From Ascidiella aspersa (Eukaryota), in assembly GCA_963924565.1 (NCBI GenBank), contig OZ004615.1:15438001-15502000 (forward strand): a DNA stretch of 64,000 nt, given 5' to 3'. The position numbers and the translations under genes were made by a program. Numbering within the stretch: the first letter of the stretch is position 1; each line of letters begins with the position of its first letter. Positions 13,133 to 23,930 of the stretch are shown piece after piece. The notes under the pieces were generated by a model. It ran no database searches. It was not told the DNA's origin and saw only the letters and a program-made list of their open reading frames with translations.

Positions 13133-14159
13133 CAGTGATTCCCAAACTTTTTTATTACGTGGCCCAAATTTGGTTCGTAAAACAGTTCGCGGCACACCAT
13201 GTGCCGTAAATCTTTTCTTGTACGATATTTAACCAATTTTATAAATGAGACATATCGCCCTGGATAATATATAAAGCGAACTTTAATCTAACAGTAACTA
13301 AATAATCCTTTTTTCAGTTTTAAATGAAATTGAATATCTTTTTCAACAGACTGAATTTCAAAAGTGCACTGCCGTGTTAATTGCGTAGCGAAAAAAACTT
13401 AAGACTACCCACCAGGGCTGGGGACCCGGAGCCCGGAGCTAAGCATTTTCTCTGGAGCCAGAGCCGGAGCCGGAGCCATTGTTATTTTTTTTTGTGGAGC
13501 TGGAGCCGGAGCCGGAGCCATTTTTATTATTTTTGTGGAGCTGGAGCCGGAGCCGGAGCCATTTTTATTATTTTTGTGGAGCCGGAGCCGGAGCCCTTTT
13601 TATTATTTTTGTGGAGCTGGAGCCATTTTACAATTTGTGGTGCTAAAGCTAAGAAATTATATTTTGTTCCATCTCCAACGTTATTTAGCCAAAAGCAATT
13701 TTTAAAACTTGCCATTGAATAAGTGATTGGTGGCACCGGAGCTGGAACCGGAGTCATTGGGTGTGTGTTTGATGGCTCCGGAGCTGGAGCCGGAGCCAAA
13801 GGATATGAGTTTTACTACTCCGGAGCTGGAGCCGGAGCCAAAGGTTTGAGTTTTACGACTCCGGAGCTGGAGCCGGAGCCATTTAATAATTGCCTGATGA
13901 CTCCGGAGCTGGAGCCAGAGCTAATGCTATTTTACGGTGGCCCCCCAGCCCTGCTACCAACTGATCGAGGCGTCAACTTATTTCGTTAAAAAAATACTTT
14001 TGGGAAACGCGATAATATGAGTTGGCGAAACTTTGATTGGTAGTTGTAAGGTAAGCATCAAATTATATAGTTGCTGTATTGTCACATTAACTCTATGGCC
14101 CACTAAAAATGGTCTCGTGGCCCACTACTGGGCCATGGCCCACAGTTTGGGAACCATTG
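13133..14159. mobile_element. hAT-type MITE (host of a nested insertion)
   Basis: TIRs CAGTGATTCCCAAACT / AGTTTGGGAACCATTG and 8-bp TSD CTCTAGTC / CTATAGTC. GTGGCCCA subterminal motifs are shared with the partial copy at about 41211-41540. Confidence 0.8.
13413..13953. mobile_element. Nested hAT-type MITE with GGAGC(C/T) internal tandem repeats
   Basis: TIRs CAGGGCTGGGG / CCCCAGCCCTG, TSD CTACCCAC / CTACCAAC. Many GGAGCC/GGAGCT hexamers are arranged in units of about 35-40 bp. Confidence 0.85.
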
Positions 14160-15724
14160 CTATAGTCTAATAATCAATGGAACAAACCTTTGCGAGTACG
14201 AAATTATTAAGTTAAAAAAATGTTAATTTAAATATGATCGTTGTACATTCGATGTTATGTTCATATTTAAATAAGCACAGTCATGGTGTGCACAGCCTCT
14301 ACAGCGCCCTCGTGCTGAAAAGTTTGATTAAAACAGACTACGCAAAAATGAAAAAAAAAACGATTTCTAATATAGTTTGGGGAAGGGTTGCATGGCTTGG
14401 TATCAATGGAACCGCCCCTGCTTAAGATATACTGTTTTAAATATATACGGTATTCGTTGACGCTAATGTTAACATAACAAATCTTACAAAGTGTTTAATT
14501 GAGACCTATATCGCCCTCCGACGGTTAAAACGTCAAGTCGTACAGATATAATCAAAATATGTAAGAAAGGTGATTTTAGAATCTTTGTTGTTTTTAACAG
14601 ATATGGAACATACAGATGCATGTTATTTCGCACTAGGCACGGTTGAGACACGCTGGACTATTTTTTATGTGCGGTCAAACTCTGTGTAGTTCAGCATCAC
14701 CCAACATACCGCGATGTCAGGACAACTTTTAAGGAGAACTCACACCATCCAGCAAGAAAACAGAGCTTAAAGGGTAAATGGGAAGAGAAACATTTCCCAA
14801 TTTCAAATAGTTAATAAACACCTTCTTTGGTGTGATATGTTGCTGGTAATTAAGTACTCTTTTTAATGCTTAATCTTTTTTTGGCTCCCTGTAGAGTTTA
14901 AAAATCAAATTTGGCTCAGATGCTAACAAAGGTTAAAAAGGACGATTTTCTACCATAAGGATAAGTTACTTATCAATAATAATGTTTTAAGTTTTAATAT
15001 ATGTAAATGAATAACGTATGTTCACCTCTAATTTTTATAAAATAAAACGCCTTTCATAAACTAAATTTTAGTTTGCAATGAACAGATTTTTATTTGTGTC
15101 ATTGTACGTTTTAAGGAATGCCAAAAAATATAGACAAAAGCATTGTTTTAACTGATGAAATGAAATATGTTCCTTCCTTTAATAAATTAAAATGACAGAC
15201 AATGATGTATTGACTTTAAACTCATGTCAAATAAATGAAATAAGATGCCACCCAATGTTAATCTTTAAATTGGTTTCTCTAGGCACACAATTCTGGTTTT
15301 TCGACAACCAAATACATATAATGTTAATTAGCCTGATAACATATCTAAATATATTGTTTTTGTCACTGAGTTAACAAAGGCTGAATTCTCTAATTGAGCT
15401 TGCCTTTTCTTCAAATTTCGGGTCATAATAAGACTATAAACACAGGTTAAGCTTGTAATAGACGAAAGATTGTAAATAATATAATATACTCGGTGCCCCC
15501 GAGGAAACCCAGCTTACACTTTTAACGCTCGTTGGTTAAGTACATCGAAACCATTTCTCCGCGATGAAATTTCACTGAAGATACATTGATTTGTTCGTAC
15601 AACTTTAAAGTTTTATTTAAATCCCATGGTATACACCGTTGGGCCGTACGAATGAAAAAAAGTTTTTTTTTTTTTTTTTTTTTGAAAAATGAAATATCTG
15701 CACAGGAAAGCAAAATTTATCACT

Positions 15725-17295
15725 TCACATTGAAAAACTACACAAGGGAACAGGATAGCCATGCCCATGGTCTATGTTGAACATTCCTTCGGATTTTCTT
15801 GACAAGCTTGTTGGAATGGATATTCCCATCCAGTGGTGGGCACGAGTCGATCGCGGGTAACCAGGATACCAATTCACATACGAAGGCCGTCCTTTTCTGT
15901 TTAACACCAATCCTGACTGAAGTACAAAATCATTTTTTTGTATACCTGCCATAGTGGTTACTAGGGCAGTGGAATAACAAGCCGTTATTCACCATGTTTT
16001 TGATGTAGTTCGGCATAAGTTTTGCGAAAAATACAGTATGTGTGTGATCACAATGTCCGACTATGATGCTTAAAATTCGTTGTTATTTCTGATAATTACC
16101 TTTTGAATATATTTTGTTAAACAATATCTTGTCCAAAACATTTTTAGAGCATAAGGAAATTATTAAAAAACTTTAAATTGTTGTCTTTTGTATGGTGCTA
16201 TTAACATGTAGGCTTTTGACGTTATTTAAAACCGTTTTTATTTTCTTTCGACTTGAGGATACTTTAGTGTTAATTGAGTCATAGTTTGAAAAAAAATACA
16301 TGCGAAAAAAATATCTAGGTGCCACAGCGCTTGAAACGAAAAAAACATGTACTATACTAAAACTTTTGAGGTGGCATTTTCTCAAAAGGTTAAAAGTAAC
16401 TCTTAAAAACTTACCGTTCGGTTGTAGGATGATGCGAGCCACAATTGAACAAAGTCAAAACTGTACGCGGTGTAACCATTCCAGACCCGCTTAACGTATT
16501 TTAGCGCGAGATCATAAATGACTTTAGTATCGAGATCTGCGAGTCGACCACCACGGTCGCTGCACATTGCTACCGCCTCAGGTCTACGTTTTCCTGGCCC
16601 AGATGTGTAGAGAAGCTGTATACACCGACCTTCGTACGCTATTCCGTTGCAAATTATTCTGTTCTCTAAATATTGAATTACGGTGCTATCGTGACCACAT
16701 ATAATATAGGTTTGAATTTCTTACAAAAAGAAACTCTAGTACAAAGAACACGGGGATGTGATTTGTTTCAAAACAGAAATGTTTATAACAAAATTTGTGT
16801 TTATTTATTGGAACCAAAGGCAAATATGTAACATTAGGTTTGTTTGAACAAGCTGCTGTGCCGTTTTTTCAGTAAAAAAACGAGTGTGCTTGTTTGTAAA
16901 AACGTAAATTGCTACAATTTACAGATAAATTGAAGGCGCCACTTTTATCTCCATAAACTGTTGTACAGTATAACTTATAAACGCTTTAGTGTGGGACAAA
17001 CTTCTACACTTCACCATATCGGCTTACCGTTTAATTTTGAAACGACTCTTTGATCGACGGCGTTCCAATCAATTGTTGCATTTTCGCCTTTGGGTCCTGT
17101 CGGGCCAACAAATCCCCTTGGGCCTGATTTCCCCGGAGGCCCACGTGCACCCAAAACAGGGGTCTGAGAACCTGTCACGAAAACTTCCCGTACTGCCTTG
17201 CAAACGAAATATCCGCTTTGTTGGGATTCTACAGGATCGTTGAAAGCAGTTAAAACAACGAAAATAAAACTAATGAGGCACATCGCCAACTTCAT
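15725..17295 (-). CDS. Collectin-like protein A (collagen plus atypical C-type lectin domain), 236 aa
   Basis: Exons 17295-17028, 16665-16415, 15916-15725 (711 nt, GT-AG). Signal MKLAMCLISFIFVVLTAF. Then GYFVCKAV, collagen GARGPPGKSGPRGFVGPTGPKGEN, neck IDWNAVDQRVVSKLNE, and CTLD CNGIAYEGRCIQL...AVAMCSDRGGRLADL...LWLA...NWYPGYP...PLCSF. Confidence 0.9.
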
Positions 17296-17355
17296 TCTTA
17301 ATTTTGAAACACGTAAGTTTAAAACGACTTTTAATTTCACTGAGGATCGACCGAC

Positions 17356-17365
17356 TATTTATATA
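17356..17365 (-). promoter_or_regulatory. TATA box of collectin-like A
   Basis: TATATAAATA on the - strand about 60 nt upstream of the ATG. The paralogue has a TATA at the same offset. Confidence 0.6.
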
Positions 17366-17850
17366 CTGAGGAACTTAATCGTTCGTCATGCTGATATATT
17401 TTAGTTTTCATGAAACAAAAGACTATAGTATTCTAGAGTGTGGTGTTTTTCGTGTATGCTTGGTTTGTGTTGGTGACGTAATAGAATGGATCAATTCGAA
17501 CAAAGAAAGTCTTTGTCGCCCTGCTTTTAGATTTTTCACTTGTATGAGTTTTAAACCTTTTTTACTTATGTAAGGTTGCTTTGTTCTTCGCTTATAATAA
17601 GTTATGAAATAACAAGCTATTTTGCTTCTCGAAAAGAAATAACTTCGTATGGTTTTATGTTTTGAATTCAATAATTCCATATTATCACAAAACCAATAAA
17701 CGCTTATTGAGAATCTTGTTTATTCAAGGAAAATTGAAATGAAAATGTTGACGCAAATGGTCAAAATACGAGTTTTTAAAAGTCGCTTAGCATGTAGGCG
17801 AAAACTTCTGTTTTTTTTTTAGGCAAAAACTTAGCAATATTTTTTTATAG

Positions 17851-18153
17851 CAGGGCTTTGTATGCTGGGTTAAGCGACCCTGCAGTGTTGTGGTTCGCGA
17901 GTAGACCCACATCATTCGCGAGTAGACCCACATCATCTTGAAACAAATTTATATAATTGCACTTTTTTTAGCTAACTTTGTAAATTTTGAAACTATATTG
18001 CTTTCTATGAATTTTCAATCTAAACAGAGTCTTACTTTGCTTGGCGAATGAGTATTAGTGCCAAAACGATTCTATTTGTCACTCGTGAAGGATCGCTGCA
18101 AGATTCAAATAATTTAAGGGGTCGCATTTAAAAAAAAGATTTTGGAAGCCCTG
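17851..18153. mobile_element. Decayed MITE-like element with an internal 21-bp tandem duplication
   Basis: Ends CAGGGCTT / AAGCCCTG. TTCGCGAGTAGACCCACATCA occurs twice at about 17893-17935. No TSD. Confidence 0.45.
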
Positions 18154-18265
18154 ACACCCAGAACGATATTTTATTTTTTTTCAATATTATATTTGCATAA
18201 ATGTTAGGCTTATACGTGTTTCTTCCTTTTACGCAATTGTGTCTCTTGTCGGCAAGTATATAGGC

Positions 18266-18731
18266 CAGTGGTTCTCGACCTTTGTAAGCATCTGAGCCAA
18301 ATTTGAACAGTCGATTTTAAAAGGAGCCGCAAAGCGATCAAGCAGTTTATTAAAAACAATTTTTTTTAATAGCAACCATTCACACCAAAGAAGACAATGC
18401 GTCTTTTATTCTATTTCATTTTGAAAATGTTTCTCTTCCCATTTACTCTGAAATGTCCTATTTTCTTGCTGAAAAAGGCAAGCTTTCTTCGAGGGTTGTT
18501 TTGGCATCGCGTTATGTTATGTGCAGCGGCAGATCCGATATTTTGGTTTAGGGCTCATGAAAATTTTCCGGGTTGAAATTACAAAAATACGTCATCAAAC
18601 AGTTAGTCTTAATACACCTGCTGTTGTTGAGCGAACTCGTGTGCAAATATGCTTCTAAAAAATCATTTAATTTTTTAACCCTGAAGGGAACCTCTAAAAA
18701 GATGGTTAGGAGCCGCGGTTGAGAACCACTG
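18266..18731. mobile_element. hAT-type MITE
   Basis: TIRs CAGTGGTTCTCGACC / GGTTGAGAACCACTG and a perfect 8-bp TSD ATATAGGC. An inverted fragment of the same family lies at about 14880-14935. Confidence 0.88.
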
Positions 18732-20039
18732 ATATAGGCTAAGCATTTTTTTCCAAGCATGAGGATAAGCATGATAAACAAAACGTTGACCACCAAGCAA
18801 AATAAAAAAGCTGCATCCTCATCTTATCATTGCCGACATAGCGAGCTCCCTAAGATACATCAAGTCAGCTATGCCGATAAGACTTCAGTTAGAGGCTTTT
18901 AATCTAATCTCAATAAATACCATAAACTTTTTTTAGTATTTAGGACAGATGACTTGAATTGGGCTTAAGTCATGGGTTGAAATTAAGTGTTTTCGTTTCA
19001 ACAGTTTTTATTAAAATTAGGGTATTTATCGTAATTTTTTCACGTAAAACAATAACCTTACAACATGTGTGTTTTTTGTTTTTAGTTAAATTAATTCTCA
19101 TAAGCGGACAAGTTTACCGATTGTAATAGTTTATCGTTTTATTAGTATAAAGAATTAGCCTACTAATTTAATTTGCTGTATTATTGGCTTGACTGGGACT
19201 TGACTTGGACTTGTGTTATTTCAAATGACTTATTTACAACACAGTCCTCTACTCTGCGCCTTCTGGTATAAAATAAACTCAACAACCTCAAGGTGCACGC
19301 AGTAGTCGGCAATACATAATGAATAATGATGCCCAACACTTTCATAGCTAATCGAAGCAACAGTACATTCATTGTCATTTTGGCACGTTTAAATATGCTT
19401 GAATAAAGATTTTCTTTTACAAATTTCTTATGGGAAAGATTTTACAGTATTGAACAACGAATATATTCTTTAAATATATTGTATTTAAACAACGAATACT
19501 GGTACTGGTATCATATTATATTTCTTTTTTCATCCCATTTAGTATCCATCTCGTTAGTGCGAAATGAGTGAATAATTTCTATAATTTTTACTAATTATCA
19601 AGACTAATTAGTGAGTTTTATTAGGATCCATATAGTTATTGGCCACATCTTTACCAAACTTAAAACGCAAAATGTTCAACGATATTAGGAGGGCGTTCCA
19701 CTCTACAACAGTAACTATATACATTATACAAGCAAAGCGTGCTAAGGTAGTATAGTTTTCAATTTTTTGTTGCTGAGGACAGTTAGGCTACTTCCGCGGC
19801 AGTATATTAAAAGGGTTTTGCAAGTCTGACAAACTAAACTATATCCTTGTCAAAACTTTTTAAATTTAGGCACTTTGGTGCTGTTGTAAGCCCTAATTAG
19901 TAAAATGTTGTGATGAATTAACCATATTCATATATCATCTATGATACGCAATCGAATATAGGCACATTTGGATTTCGGATGTAAGTTTTAGCATCATACA
20001 ACGAAGGAAGTACATACACGGAGACAAACGTTAATACAC

Positions 20040-22000
20040 CTATATTGGAAAACTGCACAAAGGTACTGGGTAATCGTGGCCTTGATTTACGTTAAACATT
20101 CCTTTAACTTTTCGTGACGAACTCGTTGGAATAGATATCGCCATAAAGGGATGGTTGGGTGTAGGATAACCAGGAAACCAATTCTTATACAGAGGATCTC
20201 CATTGCTGTTAAATACCAACCCTGACTAAAACAACAAAAACAAATTGATTTCAAACTAACCGTGTTGTACACAATAAACGTGTTGAACGCTTTCTCGCCA
20301 TCTATGTGAATATATTTCAATTAAATTCTAGTTGCATATTTGCGCACTAGTTTGACCAGGAATAGGACATTACTTAAGGTCACTTGTATTAGGACGTCAA
20401 GGTATGACGTCATCTCTAAACAACTTCTTTATGCCCCTAAACAAATGTCATAGATGTGTCCCCTATCTGGGGTAGATCCAAGGGGCCGCGTGGCAGTGGC
20501 CACTAAAACTGTATTTTTTACCTATTTTAACTCTTTTTTTAGAACCTATATTTGTTGCTAGAATGTCTTAACCCATTTTTATAAAATTGTTTTAGTCCTA
20601 AATTCGCCGTACGTCCAATCGCAACATCGAAAATAAAATTTTGGGCAACTTAAACAACATAACGGCGTTTATTGCTTTGCGCGAATCGATTACATCGTTA
20701 TATAGCTTTTGTATTGAACGTAAAACTTGTCCAATCTAAAACTTTGAACCTAATGAACGAACTATGTTGTGTTTATAAGGTTACTTTTTATGACGCCGCG
20801 TTTAGATGTAACCTTGTGACGTCGCGTTATGACCTAACTTTGTGACGTCATATTTGAAAAAACTGTCAGGCCCCCTCCCCCAAACAAAATTACCAGATCC
20901 GCGCCTGAGCCCTGCTAATATATTTGTTACGAATAAGGGATTATGCGTATTGTGCTAAACTCCATTGAGACTGCGTTATTTCTGGCAGGGTATTTGTTAA
21001 CCGTTGTAAGCAGATATTGAAAACTTACCGTTCGGTTGTAGGATGATGCTACCCACAGTTCAACGAAGTTAAAATTGTTATCGGTGTAACCATTCCAGAC
21101 TCGCTGGACATACTTAAACACAATATCATAAAGAACTTTAGTATCGAGATCTGCGAGTCGAGCGCCACGGTCGCTGCACATTGCTACCGCCTCAGGTTTA
21201 TTTGTTCCTGGCCCAGATGTGTAGAGAAGCTGGATACACCGACCCTCGTACGCTATTCCGTTGCATATTCTGTTCTCTAAATATAGAATAACAGTGATAT
21301 ATTTTACATTTAATTATTGATCGAACAGATTAAAAAAATGGCGTCGTGGAAGGTTGACTCATATTGCAAATTTTAAATAAGCAACTACACTAGTAATTTT
21401 TAGTCAAAAAAGTGTGTGTTTTATTTTTGAGAATTTCGATTTCGAGTTTGGTTCGGGAGTGTGGGGGGGGCATGATTTTTATTCAGAGATGACGTCATAA
21501 GTTTGCATTATAACGTGACATTGCAAAGTTACGATAAAACGTGATGTCAAAATAAATACCTTTAAAAGGGAGTTTCATACAAAGCTAATTACACAAGTAG
21601 GCCTATATGTCATAAATTCTTGCAATGCGAAGAAACGCCAAGTTACCAACTTATTTTTTGGTGCAATTGGACGCACGGCACCTTTGGTCTAAATCTAAAA
21701 CGATTTTACGTTACTTAATTGGTATGCCAGATTACCGTGTATTTTGGAATTGATTCTTTGATCGACGGCGTTCCAATCAATTGATGCCCTTTCTCCTTTG
21801 GGTCCTGTCGGGCCAACAATGCCCATTGGACCTGATTTTCCTGGAGGCCCACGTGCACCCAAAACAGGGGTATGGGAACTCGACACGAAAACGTCACTTA
21901 CCGCCTTACAAACGAAATATCCGCTTTGTTGAGATTTGGCATGTTTGCTGCAAATGCTTAAAACAACATAAACGCAGCCGATAAAGTAACCTGACTTCAT
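20040..22000 (-). CDS. Collectin-like protein B (tandem paralogue of A), 232 aa
   Basis: Exons 22000-21736, 21276-21029, 20225-20040 (699 nt), with the same intron positions and phases as A. Collagen GARGPPGKSGPMGIVGPTGPKGER. The CTLD ends NWFPGYPTPNHPFMAISIP...YPVPLCSFPI*. Confidence 0.9.
20467..20907. mobile_element. Decayed MITE with GC-rich ends and TGACGTCA motifs; related fragments at about 21450-21700 and 42830-42920
   Basis: Ends resemble GGGGTAGATCC / GATCCGCGCCTG, with a poly-C tract near the end and repeated TGACGTCA. Confidence 0.45.
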
Positions 22001-22061
22001 TCTTGACAAGCGTTAACAAAACTGCATTACAAACGCTAATAACTCGTGAAAATTGTGGGTC

Positions 22062-22069
22062 ATTTATAC
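22062..22069 (-). promoter_or_regulatory. TATA box of collectin-like B
   Basis: GTATAAAT on the - strand about 60 nt upstream of the ATG, at the same position as in paralogue A. Confidence 0.55.
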
Positions 22070-23140
22070 ATTCGAGAAACTTGTCATTTTTCGTGATGAT
22101 ATTTTGGGCGTTTCGATAAGACAAAGAGCTATTATATTTCAAAGAGCGAGACTTGTTGTTTAAAGGATTGAATTTCGACAACATAATAGAACGCATCAGT
22201 TTGAACAATGAAAGCCAGTGTCATTTTCTATTTTTAGACCTTGTGCTAAGCTCGGGCTTATCTTTAAATACAATAACTCGCTATGCAGATTGTACAATGC
22301 ACCAGTATGTGCTTCTCTGATAACCCAAATTATCTGTTATTTATTTTCGTGAAAACTGTTAAAGTAGGCCTTATTGCGATGAATTTAGAAATTCTGATTT
22401 TCGAGCTTAATTGTAGTGGAAATTACTGCTTATTTGTCTGGATTATGTCGTTGATCTTAATACTATGGTACTGTATATACGAAAAACTTGAATTCCACAT
22501 GTTTCCACAACAAGAATAAGTTTGGCCAAGGCCGGCCACTACAATAAGTTTACCCATCACTGCTTTACAGCTTTAAACTCATTATTCTATTTTTGATATT
22601 TTATAAGCATTAGTTTTTTCACAAGCAAATCTGTTTGTAATTTTAAGAATTGTTATAATATCTTGACTATTTACTGGTTCTGATAAATTTCTCCGTATCG
22701 TTTTAAGCCGTGGGTTCGATTAAATTAAACAAACTTCATACTTAAAAATGTTCCTTTTAGCAAGTAATCAGACTTTCATAAAAACCCGTAAGACCTAATT
22801 TATAGTGAAACACTTCATATTTGGCTAAATGGTATATAAATTGATTTATGTTAAAATAGTTAATTTTTTTAAAAGTTTTATGTTAACCTAGCATGTGAAC
22901 TACTTATGTAAGCTCGTGTCCTAAATAATCGACAATAGGCTACATCCTGTTAAAAGAAATCTGTTTTAGATCACTATTTAGCAAAATATTTATTAGGTTT
23001 CTTCTTTTTAGGCTTAATCGAGTAGGGCTATATGTCGCATTACGCCACATAGCAAGCTTTGCTACACCCAGAGCACTTTGAAGCGCAAACCTCCAGTAAT
23101 TACTGTTTGCTTTTTGGCAGTTGCACACGTCTTTGCGAGC

Positions 23141-23298
23141 ACGTGCCTGTGGATCTGTTATACGTCGTCACCTATCTTATCGCCTTTTACTCGCGCTTGT
23201 GGTATTACGTGTTTTTTAATTGTTTTCATTTATACTCCGACCTGATGAAGCACGGTTGTGCGAAAGCTTGTCGATAATTCAATACAATTTGTCTTTAT
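23141..23298 (+). mobile_element. Dispersed hammerhead-bearing repeat, copy 1 (probable Penelope-like pLTR remnant)
   Basis: Collinear with 56812-56958: ACGTGCCTGTGGAT...TCTTAT(C/T)GCCTT(T/C)TACTCGC...TTCATTT...TGATGAAGCACGGTTGTGCG...CAATTTGTCTT. Confidence 0.65.
23238..23273 (+). ncRNA. Minimal type I hammerhead ribozyme motif (Penelope-like-element type)
   Basis: CGAC-CUGAUGA-A-GCAC(GGUU)GUGC-GAAA-GC-UU|GUCG. Helix I is CGAC/GUCG, the core boxes are CUGAUGA and GAAA, helix II has 4 bp, and helix III is reduced to the palindrome AAGCUU. Confidence 0.7.
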
Positions 23299-23709
23299 AC
23301 AGCAGGGGTGGGCAACCTTTTTAACATAAGGGCCAGTTAGGAAATGTAATGCTGACAGGAAGGCCGCACATCAAATGAACACTAATTCATTTTTTCAGTT
23401 TTTACTAGAAAAAATTATGAGCTACTAGGCTGTAACTTCCGCAGTTTTGTCAGTGCTGTCTACTTGTGGATTCGAAAATACCTTTTCCTACCATTCCATG
23501 ACGCCTTTCTCGTACCGATCGGCTCAGTACAATCAAATTAACTGCCTTAATTCAAAACCAGCTGTTAAACATAACATCTTAGTCAAATACGCGTAGCAAA
23601 AATCTGTTACACCTTGACTGTACCAGACAAGTGTAACTGTAGTTATTTTCTAAACGTTGTTTGCCTTCCAAAATTGCTACCAAACAAACTTCATCATCCG
23701 TTGCTTGCC

Positions 23710-23715
23710 TTTATT
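23710..23715 (-). promoter_or_regulatory. Candidate polyadenylation signal of the giant gene
   Basis: AATAAA on the - strand about 215 nt after the inferred TGA. Confidence 0.4.
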
Positions 23716-23930
23716 GTTACACACAAAACAATTTGGTCCATAATGTAAACCACCAATTTGTTTTGACTTGACACGAAAAAGCGAATTATGAAAATGCGTC
23801 GTAAAAGCCTAACGAGATATATCAGTATGTTTAGTGACATATGCAAATGGAATGAACATATAAGGCACAACAATCTTTAGTGACAGCTTATGGCGTGATG
23901 TTATCACAAAAGGCATTTGTTGTTGTTCTT

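Noticed and set aside
13440-13920. Repeat-spacer appearance resembling a CRISPR array
   Set aside because: The spacers are near-identical AT-rich units, the context is eukaryotic, there are no cas genes, and the array lies inside a MITE.
13381-13989. ORFs with GAGAGA / EPEPEP / APAPAP repeats (silk- or elastin-like)
   Set aside because: They are translations of GGAGCC hexamer arrays inside a TIR- and TSD-bounded MITE.
15662-15683. Poly-A tract (- strand) after collectin A, suggesting a retrocopy
   Set aside because: The gene retains both introns and a TATA box. The tract is a simple homopolymer in the 3' UTR.
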